A DNA stretch of 64,000 bases from Gammaproteobacteria bacterium (GTDB taxonomy: Bacteria; Pseudomonadota; Gammaproteobacteria; Magnimaribacterales; TMED112), in the NCBI GenBank assembly GCA_038133485.1, contig JAYPTH010000004.1, positions 1,023 to 65,022 on the forward strand, in the 5' to 3' direction. The translations under genes and the position numbers were made by a program. A model generated the notes under the pieces. It was not told the origin of the DNA, ran no database searches, and saw nothing but the letters and a program-made list of their open reading frames with translations. Every line of letters begins with the position of its first letter. Within the stretch, counting starts at the first letter, position 1. This document shows, piece after piece, positions 31,683 to 42,050 of this stretch.

Positions 31683-33152
31683 ATGGAACTATTAAGCACT
31701 CTCTTTCAAAGCTTTCTAGGAAATGCACCTAATTGGTATAAAAAGTCAATTTTGTCATTCCTAGTTATTAATCCAGTAATTTATTTTACGCTCTTGCAGT
31801 CTGGGCTTGATGGAGGCTTTATTCTCGGATGGGTCCTTTTATTACAATTTATATTTACCCTAATTTTTTCTATACAGTGCTATCCCCTCCAACCAGGCGG
31901 CTTATTAGCACTACAGGCCTTAGCATTAGGCCTAACCGATCCTTATCATGTTTTTCATGAGATAGAATCAAACTTGGAAGTTGTTCTATTGTTGGTTTTT
32001 ATGGTTTCAGCCATTTTTTTCATGAAAGATTTGCTGCTTGTCATTTTTACTCAAATTATTAAATCAATTAGAAATAAAATAGTCTTGTCATTTTTATTTT
32101 TAATTTCAGCTGCTTTCCTTTCAGCTTTTCTTGATGCCTTAACAGTAACCGCTGTTTTGATATCTGTTTGTCTAGGTTTTTATAACATATTCAAAGACCA
32201 TCACCAATCAAACCAAATTTCTGACGATGAATTTAATGAAGGAAAAAAATTTCTGGCTGACATAGTTATGCATGGTGCAGTTGGTACTGCTTTAGGAGGT
32301 GTATGCACTATTGTTGGAGAACCACAGAATCTCTTAATTGCTACTAAAGCTGGTTGGGAATTTACTGAATTCTTTATGCGCATGGCCCCTATAACAATGC
32401 CAGTCTTAGTCATGGGTATTTTAACCTGTTTGTTAATTGAACAATTTAAACTTGCTTCTTATGGAGCGCAGCTACCAGAATCTTTACGGTTAAAAATAAT
32501 TACTTCTGCTGAAAAAAAAGCTAATGAACGCACATCTCTAGAAAGGCTTCAACTCAAAATTGAAGCACTTTTGGGTATATTTTTAATCTTAGCCCTAGGC
32601 TTGCATTTAGCACCAGTTGGAATTATTGGCCTATTTCTTCTTGTTGGTTTAACTTCGCTCAAAGGAATTATCTCTGAGCACAAACTTGGACCAGCTTTTG
32701 AAGAATCGCTACCATTTACAGCGCTGTTAGCTGTCTTCTTTGCCATTGTTGCTGTTATTAATGATCAAGCTTTATTTACACCGATAATAACTGTTGTTCT
32801 TCAGTCCTCATTAGAAGTGCAGGCACCAATGTTTTATATCGCTAATGGTGTTCTGTCTGCTATTAGTGATAACGTTTTTGTTGCAACAGTCTACATGAAT
32901 GAAATTGTATTGGCCCTTGAGAATAATGTTATCAATATAGATCAATTTGATAAGCTTGCCGTTGCTATCAATACAGGTACTAATCTACCAAGTGTGGCTA
33001 CACCGAATGGTCAAGCTGCTTTCCTTTTCCTTTTAACATCATCTCTAGCACCTCTTATTGGATTGTCTTACTTCAAAATGGTTCTTAAAGCACTTCCCTA
33101 CACAATTGTGCTTACTCTAGTTGGTCTAGTTGCTGTAATTATGTTCCTGTAA
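31683..33152 (+). CDS. nhaB: Na+/H+ antiporter NhaB
   Basis: FLGNAPNWYK, CYPLQPGGLL, FLDALTV, GEPQN, NTGTNLPSVATPNGQAAFLFLLTS. Confidence 0.95.
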   Translation: MELLSTLFQSFLGNAPNWYKKSILSFLVINPVIYFTLLQSGLDGGFILGWVLLLQFIFTLIFSIQCYPLQPGGLLALQALALGLTDPYHVFHEIESNLEVVLLLVFMVSAIFFMKDLLLVIFTQIIKSIRNKIVLSFLFLISAAFLSAFLDALTVTAVLISVCLGFYNIFKDHHQSNQISDDEFNEGKKFLADIVMHGAVGTALGGVCTIVGEPQNLLIATKAGWEFTEFFMRMAPITMPVLVMGILTCLLIEQFKLASYGAQLPESLRLKIITSAEKKANERTSLERLQLKIEALLGIFLILALGLHLAPVGIIGLFLLVGLTSLKGIISEHKLGPAFEESLPFTALLAVFFAIVAVINDQALFTPIITVVLQSSLEVQAPMFYIANGVLSAISDNVFVATVYMNEIVLALENNVINIDQFDKLAVAINTGTNLPSVATPNGQAAFLFLLTSSLAPLIGLSYFKMVLKALPYTIVLTLVGLVAVIMFL

Positions 33153-33155
33153 GCT

Positions 33156-34127
33156 ATGCATCTTTTTTCCGTGGCTCCAATGATGAAGAAAACAGATAAA
33201 CATTTTCGTTATCTGTGCAGAAATCTTTCTAAAGATGCTCTGCTATATACTGAAATGATACATTCAAATGCAATTCTAAAAGGGAATAAATCTAAACTTT
33301 TATCTTACTCTGAATGCCAACATCCTATTGCCCTACAATTGGGTGGCTCAAATCCTTCGGATTTAGCTGACGCTGCTGAAATAGCTATTGAATACAATTA
33401 TGATGAGATTAATTTAAATGTAGGCTGCCCTTCCAAAAAGGTTAAATCTGGCAATTTTGGAGTTTTTCTTATGAAGGATATTCCACTCTTGAGCAAATGT
33501 ATTAAAGCCATTCAAAGAAAAATAAATATACCACTCACAGTAAAGTGTCGTATTGGTGTGGATGATTATGAAGGGTCAAAATTTTTAAATAATTTTGTTT
33601 ATCAGCTTAGTGATATTGGTATTTCAACTTTTGCGATACATGCTAGAAAAGCTATTAGTGGGTTAGATACTAAGAGAAATAGGTCAATACCACCACTTGA
33701 ATATCACAGAGTATATGAGATTAAGCAAAAATTTCCTGACTTAAATATAGTCATCAATGGTGGCATAGATTCCATTAAAGAAATTGAAAATCATTTAAAT
33801 CATGTGGATGGAGTGATGGTAGGAAGAAAAATTTATTCTGACCCTCTATTTTTATGTGAAATTGATGAACATCTATTTACTGGAAACTCACATAGCCCCA
33901 TAGTTAGTTTAAATAATTTTATGGAATATATCTTAACGCTAGAAAATAAAAATGATGTAAATAGATCCATTACCCATCTGATGCAACTGCTAAAATCCTT
34001 ATCAATACAAAAAACACAAAGGAATAAACTGTTAACATCACTTAAAGATAATAGTTTTAATATGGGTGATTTATTTAAGGACTTTCAGGTTGATCTTCTT
34101 CAAAAAAATCCAATTCCAAATCTGTAA
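33156..34127 (+). CDS. dusA: tRNA dihydrouridine synthase DusA
   Basis: FSVAPMM, YTEM, QLGGS, NLNVGCPS, HARKA, NR.IPPL, INGGI. Confidence 0.9.
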   Translation: MHLFSVAPMMKKTDKHFRYLCRNLSKDALLYTEMIHSNAILKGNKSKLLSYSECQHPIALQLGGSNPSDLADAAEIAIEYNYDEINLNVGCPSKKVKSGNFGVFLMKDIPLLSKCIKAIQRKINIPLTVKCRIGVDDYEGSKFLNNFVYQLSDIGISTFAIHARKAISGLDTKRNRSIPPLEYHRVYEIKQKFPDLNIVINGGIDSIKEIENHLNHVDGVMVGRKIYSDPLFLCEIDEHLFTGNSHSPIVSLNNFMEYILTLENKNDVNRSITHLMQLLKSLSIQKTQRNKLLTSLKDNSFNMGDLFKDFQVDLLQKNPIPNL

Positions 34128-34803
34128 GAAAATCATCCTCTATTGCACCATCTGCTGATAAATATTCTCTGGATTGTAAATAAGCGTCTCTAACAAAATC
34201 ATACTTATCTCCAACTATAAGATTTTCCGCTATAAGCAATCTTTCTCTTGTTTCAATAACATCCAAGATATTTATCACGATTGAAGCTTCTTCATCTGAA
34301 ATTGAAAAATTACCAGAGAGAAACCAGCTAGTTGGTTTTGACAAGAGGTCTCTTAAAGTAGTGGGGCCAAGTAAAGGAACAAATAAATAAAATCCGGATG
34401 GAACGCCCCAATAGCCTAATGTTTGGCCAAAATCTTCATCATGTTTTTCTAAGCCAACTCGACTTGCAACATCAAAAAAACCAGCTAAACCAAGCGTTGA
34501 ATTTATAATAAATCGACCAGAATCTTGAGCAGCATAACCCAATTTTCCCTGCAATATCTGATTGACTACAGTATCAACCTCTGAGAGATTGCTAAAGAAA
34601 TTTGTAATGCCATTTTTAAGAAATAAGGGAGCATATAGACTATAAAATTCTGCAGTTGGCCTTAGGATAGCTTGATCAATATCATCTGAAACTTCGAAAA
34701 CAATTCTATTAAGTTCTTCAAAGGGATCATACTCATAATCATCACTATCTTGTGAAAACAGGCTTGCAGCTAAAAATAAAATAAAAAAAAGCTTTTTATT
34801 CAT
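34075..34803 (-). CDS. mlaA: MlaA/VacJ family protein
   Basis: DPFEELNR, NFFSNL, RFIINSTLG, EDFGQTLGYWG, GPTTLRD. Confidence 0.92.
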   Translation of the reverse strand: MNKKLFFILFLAASLFSQDSDDYEYDPFEELNRIVFEVSDDIDQAILRPTAEFYSLYAPLFLKNGITNFFSNLSEVDTVVNQILQGKLGYAAQDSGRFIINSTLGLAGFFDVASRVGLEKHDEDFGQTLGYWGVPSGFYLFVPLLGPTTLRDLLSKPTSWFLSGNFSISDEEASIVINILDVIETRERLLIAENLIVGDKYDFVRDAYLQSREYLSADGAIEDDFLTDLELDFFEEDQPESP

Positions 34804-35474
34804 ATGTTATCTGGTAAAAATTCTTCAAATTTTGTCTGCTTAAGTACACTATTATATAAATCATTTTTACTGATTCTAGGAATCGGACCATATTTTGTAA
34901 CATCTGTAAAATGTCCCTCTATAAGATTTTTATCCCATTGACCCTCAGAAAGATTTTCAATAAGCCCTATTATTTTAATATTTAAGGTTTGCAAGAGCTT
35001 TACTGTACGTGCAATATCTGCCATGCAAAGTGGATCATCTACGTATACTAAGAGAGTCTTTTTAATACCTAAATCTTTAAAAATTGTGATGTAAGCATCT
35101 CCTGTGCCAGGAGGCATATCAATGAACAAATAGTCCAATTCAGATGAAAAAGATTTTGTATATAACTCATGCAATATCTTGCTAAGCATGGGGCCTCTCA
35201 ATATTGCAGCATCATTTGGTTTGAGAATAAGATCAGTTGACGCAAATTCAATGCCGTTTACGGAAACGGGTAAAGTTAAATCTTTGAACTTTTGATGATT
35301 AAAGTTATGGCCATGTCCCTCATGCTGAAATAAATTTATTAGATTTGGTCCATAAATATCTGCATCCAACAAACCAACTTTATACCCTTTTTCTTTATAT
35401 ATATGCGCTAGACAATAACTAATTGTTGTCTTGCCAACACCTCCTTTTGCTGAACATATAGCAACTTTTTCCAT
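34800..35474 (-). CDS. mrp: Mrp/ApbC (NBP35) family ATPase, reduced
   Basis: KGGVGKTT, DADIYGP, RGPM, DMPPGTGD; divergent from metG as in other gammaproteobacteria. Start moved to MEKV. Confidence 0.85.
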   Translation of the reverse strand: MEKVAICSAKGGVGKTTISYCLAHIYKEKGYKVGLLDADIYGPNLINLFQHEGHGHNFNHQKFKDLTLPVSVNGIEFASTDLILKPNDAAILRGPMLSKILHELYTKSFSSELDYLFIDMPPGTGDAYITIFKDLGIKKTLLVYVDDPLCMADIARTVKLLQTLNIKIIGLIENLSEGQWDKNLIEGHFTDVTKYGPIPRISKNDLYNSVLKQTKFEEFLPDNI

Positions 35475-35508
35475 ACAATTAAAAGTAACATATAATTTCG
35501 TTAACAAC

Positions 35509-37122
35509 ATGAAATATCTGATAACAAGCGCTTTACCATATGCAAATGCGGAATTACACCTTGGACATGTTCTAGAAATTGTTCAGACAGACGTATGGGT
35601 TAGGCATAAGAATTTAAATGGCGACCAAGCGTATTATTTTTGCGCTAGTGATACACACGGGACACCTGTAATGCTTAAAGCAAAACAATTAAAAATTGAT
35701 CCTGAGGATCTTGTGTCAGATATGAAGAGGAATCACGAAGAGACATTTGCAAACTTTAATGTAAATTTAACTAATTTTCACACGACACATAGCAAGGAAA
35801 GTGAAGACTTTGTTTATGACATATTTAATAAAATTAACGATAAGGGTCACATCTATACTAAGGAGATAGAGCAACTTTATGATGAGAAAGAGAATATTTT
35901 TCTTGCGGATAGATTTGTAAAAGGGGAATGTCCGAAATGTAATTCAACTGATCAATATGGTGATGCATGTGAAAAATGTGGAACAACATATGATGCACTG
36001 GAGCTTATTAATCCAATATCTACACTTTCTCAAAGCAAACCAGTTATAAAAAATTCAAAACACTATTTTTTTGCTTTAAGCGAATTTAAAGATTTTCTTA
36101 AAACAAATATTGATAGTTTCTCGAATCAAGCGCCCGTGAAAGCAAAATTAAACGAATGGCTTGATGGTGAACTGAATGATTGGGATATTTCAAGAGATAA
36201 ACCTTATTTTGGCTTCCTAATACCTGGAGAAGAGGATAAATATATCTATGTTTGGTTAGATGCCCCTATTGGCTATCTATCATCAATTAAACACTGGTGC
36301 CAAAACAACAATTTAAATTTTGAATACCTTCTAAATGATAAAGATACACAATTAATCCACTTTATTGGCAAAGATATTATGTACTTTCACTTACTTTTCT
36401 GGCCCTCTACGCTTGAGGCATCAGGATTTAGACAGCTTAGTGAGGTATATGTTCATGGGTTTATGACTATAGAAGGTGAAAAAATGTCTAAATCGAGAGG
36501 GAATTTTATTTTAGCTGATGCTGCACTAGAGTACGCGGAAGCAGATTTCTATAGATATTATATTTGTTCAAAACTAGGCAATGATATCTCAGATATTGAT
36601 TTTTCCATTGATGACTTTGTTCAAAAAATAAATAGTGATTTGGTAGGGAAATTTATAAATATTCCTAGTAGAACTATCAACTTTATCCATAAATACAACG
36701 AATCTAAAATAATTAATAATCAAACAAGGCTTAATGATTCCTTTTCAAATAGATTTAACCAGATAATTGAGAATACTGATAAAAGAGAATATTCAAAAGC
36801 AATAAAAGAAATTATGAAAATTGCTGATGAAACGAATGCCTATATCTCTGACAATGCTCCATGGAATTTAGCCAAAAATGGTAAAATCAAAGAATGTTTA
36901 GAGATATGTAGTGAAGCAATTAATGTTTTTTATTCGCTAAATACATTACTTATGCCATACATACCAAACATAACATCTAAAGTTCAGAAGATCATGAATA
37001 ATTCTGATGAGCGATATTCAGCTATTTTTAATACAACTTTGGGTGAATTAAATGAGTTTAGCCATATTATTAAAAGGCTAGATATTGAAAATTTTAAAGG
37101 ATTGATAGAAATAAATGAATGA
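35509..37122 (+). CDS. metG: Methionyl-tRNA synthetase (without C-terminal tRNA-binding domain)
   Basis: [38 protein letters not shown]. Start corrected to ATG at 35509. Confidence 0.97.
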   Translation: MKYLITSALPYANAELHLGHVLEIVQTDVWVRHKNLNGDQAYYFCASDTHGTPVMLKAKQLKIDPEDLVSDMKRNHEETFANFNVNLTNFHTTHSKESEDFVYDIFNKINDKGHIYTKEIEQLYDEKENIFLADRFVKGECPKCNSTDQYGDACEKCGTTYDALELINPISTLSQSKPVIKNSKHYFFALSEFKDFLKTNIDSFSNQAPVKAKLNEWLDGELNDWDISRDKPYFGFLIPGEEDKYIYVWLDAPIGYLSSIKHWCQNNNLNFEYLLNDKDTQLIHFIGKDIMYFHLLFWPSTLEASGFRQLSEVYVHGFMTIEGEKMSKSRGNFILADAALEYAEADFYRYYICSKLGNDISDIDFSIDDFVQKINSDLVGKFINIPSRTINFIHKYNESKIINNQTRLNDSFSNRFNQIIENTDKREYSKAIKEIMKIADETNAYISDNAPWNLAKNGKIKECLEICSEAINVFYSLNTLLMPYIPNITSKVQKIMNNSDERYSAIFNTTLGELNEFSHIIKRLDIENFKGLIEINE

Positions 37123-37447
37123 AATAAATATCGAAGAATTTGCAAACGTAGATTTAAGGATCGCACAAGTTAAGCAAGCAATTGAAGTGCCAGAAGCGGA
37201 CAAGTTAGTCAAATTAATATTAGATGTAGGTGAGTATGGTGAAAAAACTGTCTTTGCTGGCATAAAAGCTGCATATAGTCTTGAGAGTCTGCAAAATAAG
37301 TTCGTTGTAATAGTTAATAATTTAAAACCAAGACAAATGAAATTTGGGCTTTCAGAAGGCATGATTCTGGCTGCTGGACCTGGTGGTGAGGAAATATTTA
37401 TGGTTTCGCCTGATTCAGGAGCTAAGCCTGGTATGAGAGTTAAATGA
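37115..37447 (+). CDS. Stand-alone MetG C-terminal / Trbp111-like tRNA-binding protein
   Basis: [41 protein letters not shown]. Confidence 0.92.
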   Translation: MNEINIEEFANVDLRIAQVKQAIEVPEADKLVKLILDVGEYGEKTVFAGIKAAYSLESLQNKFVVIVNNLKPRQMKFGLSEGMILAAGPGGEEIFMVSPDSGAKPGMRVK

Positions 37448-38475
37448 AGACTGATATTATTATTATTGGAGCTGGTCCTGTTGGGCTATTCACTGTCTTT
37501 GAAGCAGGAATACTTGGCTTGAACTGTACGCTTATAGATAATCTTGATAAGCCAGGTGGACAATGTGCTGAACTATATCCTGATAAGCCAATTTATGATA
37601 TTCCAGGCGTTCCGTATCAAACCGCTCAAGAACATGTTGATGCTCTTCTGCAACAAATAAAACCTTTTGATTACAAAATCCACCTCAATCAAAGGGTTGA
37701 TCAAATAAAAGAACATAACAATGAGTGGATTGTGACAACCAGCCAAGGCATGACTTTTGAATCGCCGAATGTTTTTATAGCTGCAGGCGCTGGATCCTTT
37801 GAACCAATTAAACCTAACCTTGAAACAGATATTGCAGGTTTAGAAAATAAACAAATTTTTTACTCCATCAAAGATAAAATGATCTTTAAGGATAAAAAGG
37901 TTCTAATTTTTGGGGGCGGTGACAGCGCACTAGATTGGACTATTGAGCTTCAAAAGATATGTTCAAATGTAAGCCTAATACACAGAAGAGATGCATTTCG
38001 TGGTGCTCCAGATTCAGAAATGAAAGTCAGAGAACTTGCCTCTAACAATAAAATTGAACTTATGACACCATTTATAATTAAAGATGTACAGCTAAATAAT
38101 AAAAATGAGCTTAATGGAGCAAAGCTGTTTAACTCTGAAAGCAAAGAAGATGTTTTTGTGGAAGCAGATTATATTTTATTCTTCTACGGTTTAAATAAAA
38201 AACTTGGGCCCTTGCTAGAATGGGGTTTAGATAATAATGGCAAAAAAATTGAAGTTGAAACAGAATCCTATGAGACTAACAAACCAGGGATTTTTGCAGT
38301 TGGAGACATAAATAACTATCCAGGAAAACTTAATTTAATCTTGTCCGGCTTTCATGAAACAACTTTAGCTGTACAAAAAGCATTTAAGCGAATACATCCA
38401 GATGAAAGAGTTCCCTTTGGCTATACTACCTCAAACACAACTATTCACGAACGTCTTGGCATCAAATCAGATTGA
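37444..38475 (+). CDS. Ferredoxin--NADP+ reductase (TrxB-like)
   Basis: [42 protein letters not shown]; lacks the TrxR CxxC. Confidence 0.9.
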   Translation: MKTDIIIIGAGPVGLFTVFEAGILGLNCTLIDNLDKPGGQCAELYPDKPIYDIPGVPYQTAQEHVDALLQQIKPFDYKIHLNQRVDQIKEHNNEWIVTTSQGMTFESPNVFIAAGAGSFEPIKPNLETDIAGLENKQIFYSIKDKMIFKDKKVLIFGGGDSALDWTIELQKICSNVSLIHRRDAFRGAPDSEMKVRELASNNKIELMTPFIIKDVQLNNKNELNGAKLFNSESKEDVFVEADYILFFYGLNKKLGPLLEWGLDNNGKKIEVETESYETNKPGIFAVGDINNYPGKLNLILSGFHETTLAVQKAFKRIHPDERVPFGYTTSNTTIHERLGIKSD

Positions 38476-39013
38476 ATTAAAGGAAATACATAATGCTTTG
38501 CCTCAATTACAATGCGGCAGATGTGATACTCCTGGTTGTATGGAGTATGCTCAAGCAATACTTGATGGAACACCACATAATAGGTGCTTACCAGGAGGAC
38601 ATGAAAGCCTAAACCAACTAAATAAGATACTGAATTCAGAAATCAAGGATCTTGATAACGACTATGGCCCCACTATAACAAATCAGATATTGGTTATAGA
38701 TGAAGACATCTGTATTGGTTGTGCTAAGTGTATACCGAAGTGTCCAGTCGATGCCATCATTGGAGCCCCAAACAAATTACACCAAATTGATACCAATGTA
38801 TGTACAGGCTGTGAACTATGCATTGAACCTTGCCCAGTAGACTGCATTAATATCAAACCTGTTTCCCCAAAAAAAATGATCAATGCTAAGAGCTCATCTC
38901 AGGAACGTTATGACTCAAAACGTTCACGTTCGGAAAAATCAAAAGAAAAACTTTCATTAGATGTTAAGAGTAATCTTGAAATTGCTAACTATTACAAAAA
39001 TTTAAAACAATAA
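38456..39013 (+). CDS. rnfB: RnfB/RsxB-like polyferredoxin
   Basis: LPQLQCGRC..PGC..YA, CIGCAKCIPKCPVDAI, CTGCELCIEPCPVDCI. TTG start at 38456 inferred. Confidence 0.85.
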   Translation: MASNQIELKEIHNALPQLQCGRCDTPGCMEYAQAILDGTPHNRCLPGGHESLNQLNKILNSEIKDLDNDYGPTITNQILVIDEDICIGCAKCIPKCPVDAIIGAPNKLHQIDTNVCTGCELCIEPCPVDCINIKPVSPKKMINAKSSSQERYDSKRSRSEKSKEKLSLDVKSNLEIANYYKNLKQ

Positions 39014-39018
39014 TTGCA

Positions 39019-39037
39019 AATGATAATGATTCTCATT
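39019..39037. promoter_or_regulatory. Fur box upstream of bfd
   Basis: AATGATAAT-G-ATTCTCATT, one mismatch from the other boxes. Confidence 0.85.
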
Positions 39038-39048
39038 ATTATTTAGGA

Positions 39049-39219
39049 ATGTACGTATGTATATGTAAAAAGATCACAGAAAATGAATTAAAAGATTCAT
39101 ACGTGAGGTGTGATTGCAATATCATCCAATCTGAAAAAGATCTAGGCTTTTCATCAAAATGTGGTAAGTGTCGCCCTTCTATTGAATCAATAGTTAAGAA
39201 GATTCAAACAAAAAAATAA
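39049..39219 (+). CDS. bfd: Bacterioferritin-associated ferredoxin (56 aa; absent from the ORF track)
   Basis: MYVCICKKITE...KCGKCRP; SD AGGA; directly upstream of bfr. Confidence 0.92.
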   Translation: MYVCICKKITENELKDSYVRCDCNIIQSEKDLGFSSKCGKCRPSIESIVKKIQTKK

Positions 39220-39229
39220 TTTTTCTTTA

Positions 39230-39248
39230 AATAAGAATGAGTATCATT
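39230..39248. promoter_or_regulatory. Degenerate Fur-like box upstream of bfr
   Basis: AATAAGAAT-G-AGTATCATT, three mismatches from the local consensus. Confidence 0.5.
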
Positions 39249-39302
39249 AGCAAAATTCGTTATTTGCTTGATTTTTAACTCCAATAACAATATAAATTCA
39301 CT

Positions 39303-39776
39303 ATGCAAGGAAACGACAAAGTCATCGCACACCTAAACAAAATTCTTTACAACGAATTACGCGCAATAAACCAATATTTTCTGCATTCTCGTATGCTGTC
39401 TGATTGGGGTTTAGATAAATTTGCTGATTATGAATACTCTGAATCCATGGATGAAATGCAACATGCAGACAAACTAATTCAAAGAATACTTTTTCTTGAG
39501 GGTTTGCCTAATCTACAAGATCTTGGTGTGCTATATATTGCAGAAGAAGCAATTGAAGTGCTAGCAAATGACTTAAAGCTAGAACATGAAGCCATACCAG
39601 ATTTAAGGGATGCAATTAAACATTGTGAAAGTGTAAAAGATTTTGTTTCTAGAGATTTGCTTCAGAAAATCCTTGAGAGCGAGGAGGAACATGTTGATTA
39701 TTTAGAAACTCAACTCGCCCTTGTAACTAAGATTGGTAAAGAGAATTACCTACAAAGCCAGATTAAATCAGCTTAA
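39303..39776 (+). CDS. bfr: Bacterioferritin
   Basis: NELRAINQYFLH, DEMQHAD (heme-ligand Met), RILFLEGLPNLQ, EEEHVD. Confidence 0.97.
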   Translation: MQGNDKVIAHLNKILYNELRAINQYFLHSRMLSDWGLDKFADYEYSESMDEMQHADKLIQRILFLEGLPNLQDLGVLYIAEEAIEVLANDLKLEHEAIPDLRDAIKHCESVKDFVSRDLLQKILESEEEHVDYLETQLALVTKIGKENYLQSQIKSA

Positions 39777-40073
39777 AACTTCCTGTAACTCTTCTGATTC
39801 GTGGAGTTCTGAAACAATATCACATCCGCCAACTAACTCGCCATTGACAAAGAGTTGTGGAAAAGTGGGCCAATTTGAAATTGAGGGTAATGTTTGCCTT
39901 ACTTCAGGAAATTCAAGTACATCTATATAGCTGAACTCAACATCATATGAAAATAATATTTGAGCTACTTTTGCAGAAAATCCGCATTGAGGCTGATAAG
40001 GCGAGCCTTTCATAAATAACAGAATCTTATTACTTTCAATTTGTTCTTTAATGTCAGCTACTACTTTATCCAT
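39768..40073 (-). CDS. grxD: Monothiol glutaredoxin
   Basis: FMKG, CGFS, WPTFPQL, GGCD. Confidence 0.95.
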   Translation of the reverse strand: MDKVVADIKEQIESNKILLFMKGSPYQPQCGFSAKVAQILFSYDVEFSYIDVLEFPEVRQTLPSISNWPTFPQLFVNGELVGGCDIVSELHESEELQEVLS

Positions 40074-40815
40074 TTATTACCTCTAAATATTTTTCTATTG
40101 TTGCACCAAATCCATATGATAAGGAATCACATATTATGGCATGGCCAATAGATACTTCATCAATTAATTGTAAATTTACTAACTCTTTTAAATTTAGCAG
40201 ATTAAGATCATGACCAGCATGAACCTTTAAACCCATATCTTTCGCTTGTTTAGCTAATACTCTAATTTTTTCAAGCTCAGTATCTATAATGCTCTGATTG
40301 CGTGATTCACATGCTATTGCATAAGGGCCCGTAAAGATTTCTATAGCTTGAATTTCCTCTGGAATCAGAGTGACAAGGTCATTTGTATCAGAATCTACAA
40401 AAATACTTAGCAAGGAGGCATAAGGTTCTAATTGTTTAGCGTATATCTTTAATTCATTTTTTTGACTGTGGGTCCAACCATGATCAGATGTAAGTTGATT
40501 TAAATCATCAGGAACTAAAGTCACTTGGTAGGGTTTATTTTCTTTAATTATTTCAATAAATCCTGGGAAGCTTCCATGAACGGCCTCACTTGGGTTGCCC
40601 TCAATATTTAAAAGTTTTTGATGTTCATCAGTAGTTTGCTTTAATTTAAAAACATCTTCTGGTGTTATATGTCTTTGGTCAGGTCTTGGGTGAACAGTTA
40701 TGCCGCTTACATTATATTTTAGAGCTTCAGTTGCAAATTCATCTAAAGATGGTTTACCCTCCCCTCTAGCGTTCCTGAGCAATGCTATCTTATTGAGATT
40801 TACACTTAATTTCAT
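40066..40815 (-). CDS. pdxJ: Pyridoxine 5'-phosphate synthase
   Basis: LSVNLNKIALLRNAR, TVHPRPDQRHI, QVTLVPD, AGHDL, EVSIGHA. Confidence 0.95.
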   Translation of the reverse strand: MKLSVNLNKIALLRNARGEGKPSLDEFATEALKYNVSGITVHPRPDQRHITPEDVFKLKQTTDEHQKLLNIEGNPSEAVHGSFPGFIEIIKENKPYQVTLVPDDLNQLTSDHGWTHSQKNELKIYAKQLEPYASLLSIFVDSDTNDLVTLIPEEIQAIEIFTGPYAIACESRNQSIIDTELEKIRVLAKQAKDMGLKVHAGHDLNLLNLKELVNLQLIDEVSIGHAIICDSLSYGFGATIEKYLEVING

Positions 40816-41866
40816 ATTTGCTATTGAATAACCAATTATAATTTGGTTTATAGAGTTTTAAATAAAGGTTTCTAAAAAGTTTAGCAGGCATACCCATCTG
40901 GTATCTTTGTTTATTTAAATTAGATTCTGTTCGAATTTTATTTATTAATTTATTTCTATTTTGAAAAGCATCATTGAGAAAAATATTACAATCTTTACTT
41001 TTGTTGAAAAAAGCAGCGTCGATAAGCCCTTGGGCTGCACCCTGAGCTAAATGTGGAGTAATGGCATGAGCAGAATCTCCGAGTGAAATAATCTGTCCCT
41101 TGCCCCAATTATTTGTCTCTGATGCATATATATCTTTAACTACTAGTGGGCCAGCATTATTAATTAAATTAGTAAACTTATGATTAAGTATTGAGTCTAA
41201 AGCTCGAACATCAACATTCTCTAGATCTATATAAAGCTTGTCCGTATTAAGTACTAAAGTAAATGCTGTTTCATTCTGAGTAAGAGGATAAGTTACAAAA
41301 TGCATGTTCTCATACATGAAATTATTGAATGATTGAAATAATGTATCTGTATATGTTGAGATTCCCCAGATGGCTTTAGAGCTAGTTTTAGTGGCATTTT
41401 TATTGGTTATTGAATTAGCTCCCATGCAATCAATGAACAAGTCACATTTATGCTCTTCCCCATCAATGAGTAGTGAAACATTGCTATCATTTTGTTCGAC
41501 ATTGCTAATAGCTTTGGAGTGAAATATTTTATCTGCAGAAATAGATGATTTAAAAATGGTAATTAAATCAGACCGTCTAATAAAAAAAGTTCCAGTACCA
41601 TCAAAGTTTTTGGTTGATAATTCATTTAATTTTTTATTGTCTGCATAAACATCTAAAAATTTACGTTCAATAGATTTTTCTTTGACAAGGTCGTAAAGAT
41701 TTAATTCACTAAAAACAAAATGGCAATTTGATGCAAGCTGTATTCCTGTAGTTAAATATTGAGGCTTAACAGACTGCTCAAGAATTTTAAAATCAATCCC
41801 TTTTTTTTGTAAATAACAGCCAACAGCTAAACCTGTAATACCTGCACCACCAATAATTACTTTCAT
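40790..41866 (-). CDS. FAD-dependent monooxygenase (group A, salicylate-hydroxylase-like), divergent
   Basis: GGAGITGL, DCMG (DG-like motif), GDSAHAITPHLAQGAAQGLIDA. Confidence 0.82.
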   Translation of the reverse strand: MKVIIGGAGITGLAVGCYLQKKGIDFKILEQSVKPQYLTTGIQLASNCHFVFSELNLYDLVKEKSIERKFLDVYADNKKLNELSTKNFDGTGTFFIRRSDLITIFKSSISADKIFHSKAISNVEQNDSNVSLLIDGEEHKCDLFIDCMGANSITNKNATKTSSKAIWGISTYTDTLFQSFNNFMYENMHFVTYPLTQNETAFTLVLNTDKLYIDLENVDVRALDSILNHKFTNLINNAGPLVVKDIYASETNNWGKGQIISLGDSAHAITPHLAQGAAQGLIDAAFFNKSKDCNIFLNDAFQNRNKLINKIRTESNLNKQRYQMGMPAKLFRNLYLKLYKPNYNWLFNSKYEIKCKSQ

Positions 41867-41905
41867 TTCTAGAGATTTTGTATTTTGTAATTATAATCTA
41901 AGAGT

Positions 41906-41982
41906 GCGCTTGTAGCTCAGCTGGATAGAGCGCTTGGCTACGGACCAAGAGGTCGGGAGTTCGAATCTTCCCAGGCGCGCCA
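41906..41982 (+). tRNA. tRNA-Arg(ACG)
   Basis: 77-nt cloverleaf; anticodon arm CTTGG-CTACGGA-CCAAG; GCCA end. Confidence 0.97.
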
Positions 41983-42050
41983 TTTTAAAGATCAAATTAA
42001 AATGATATAAAATTTAGAATTTCTCTATATTTAGCTTTTAATATAACTAT

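Noticed and set aside
38402-38455. N-terminal MKEFPL... extension of RnfB
   Set aside because: It lies deep inside the conserved FNR C-terminus and shows no RnfB similarity; a later start is more plausible.
40790-41866. Kynurenine 3-monooxygenase as partner of the IDO gene
   Set aside because: Only generic group A monooxygenase motifs are visible and it lies about 39 kb away; the substrate cannot be assigned by eye.
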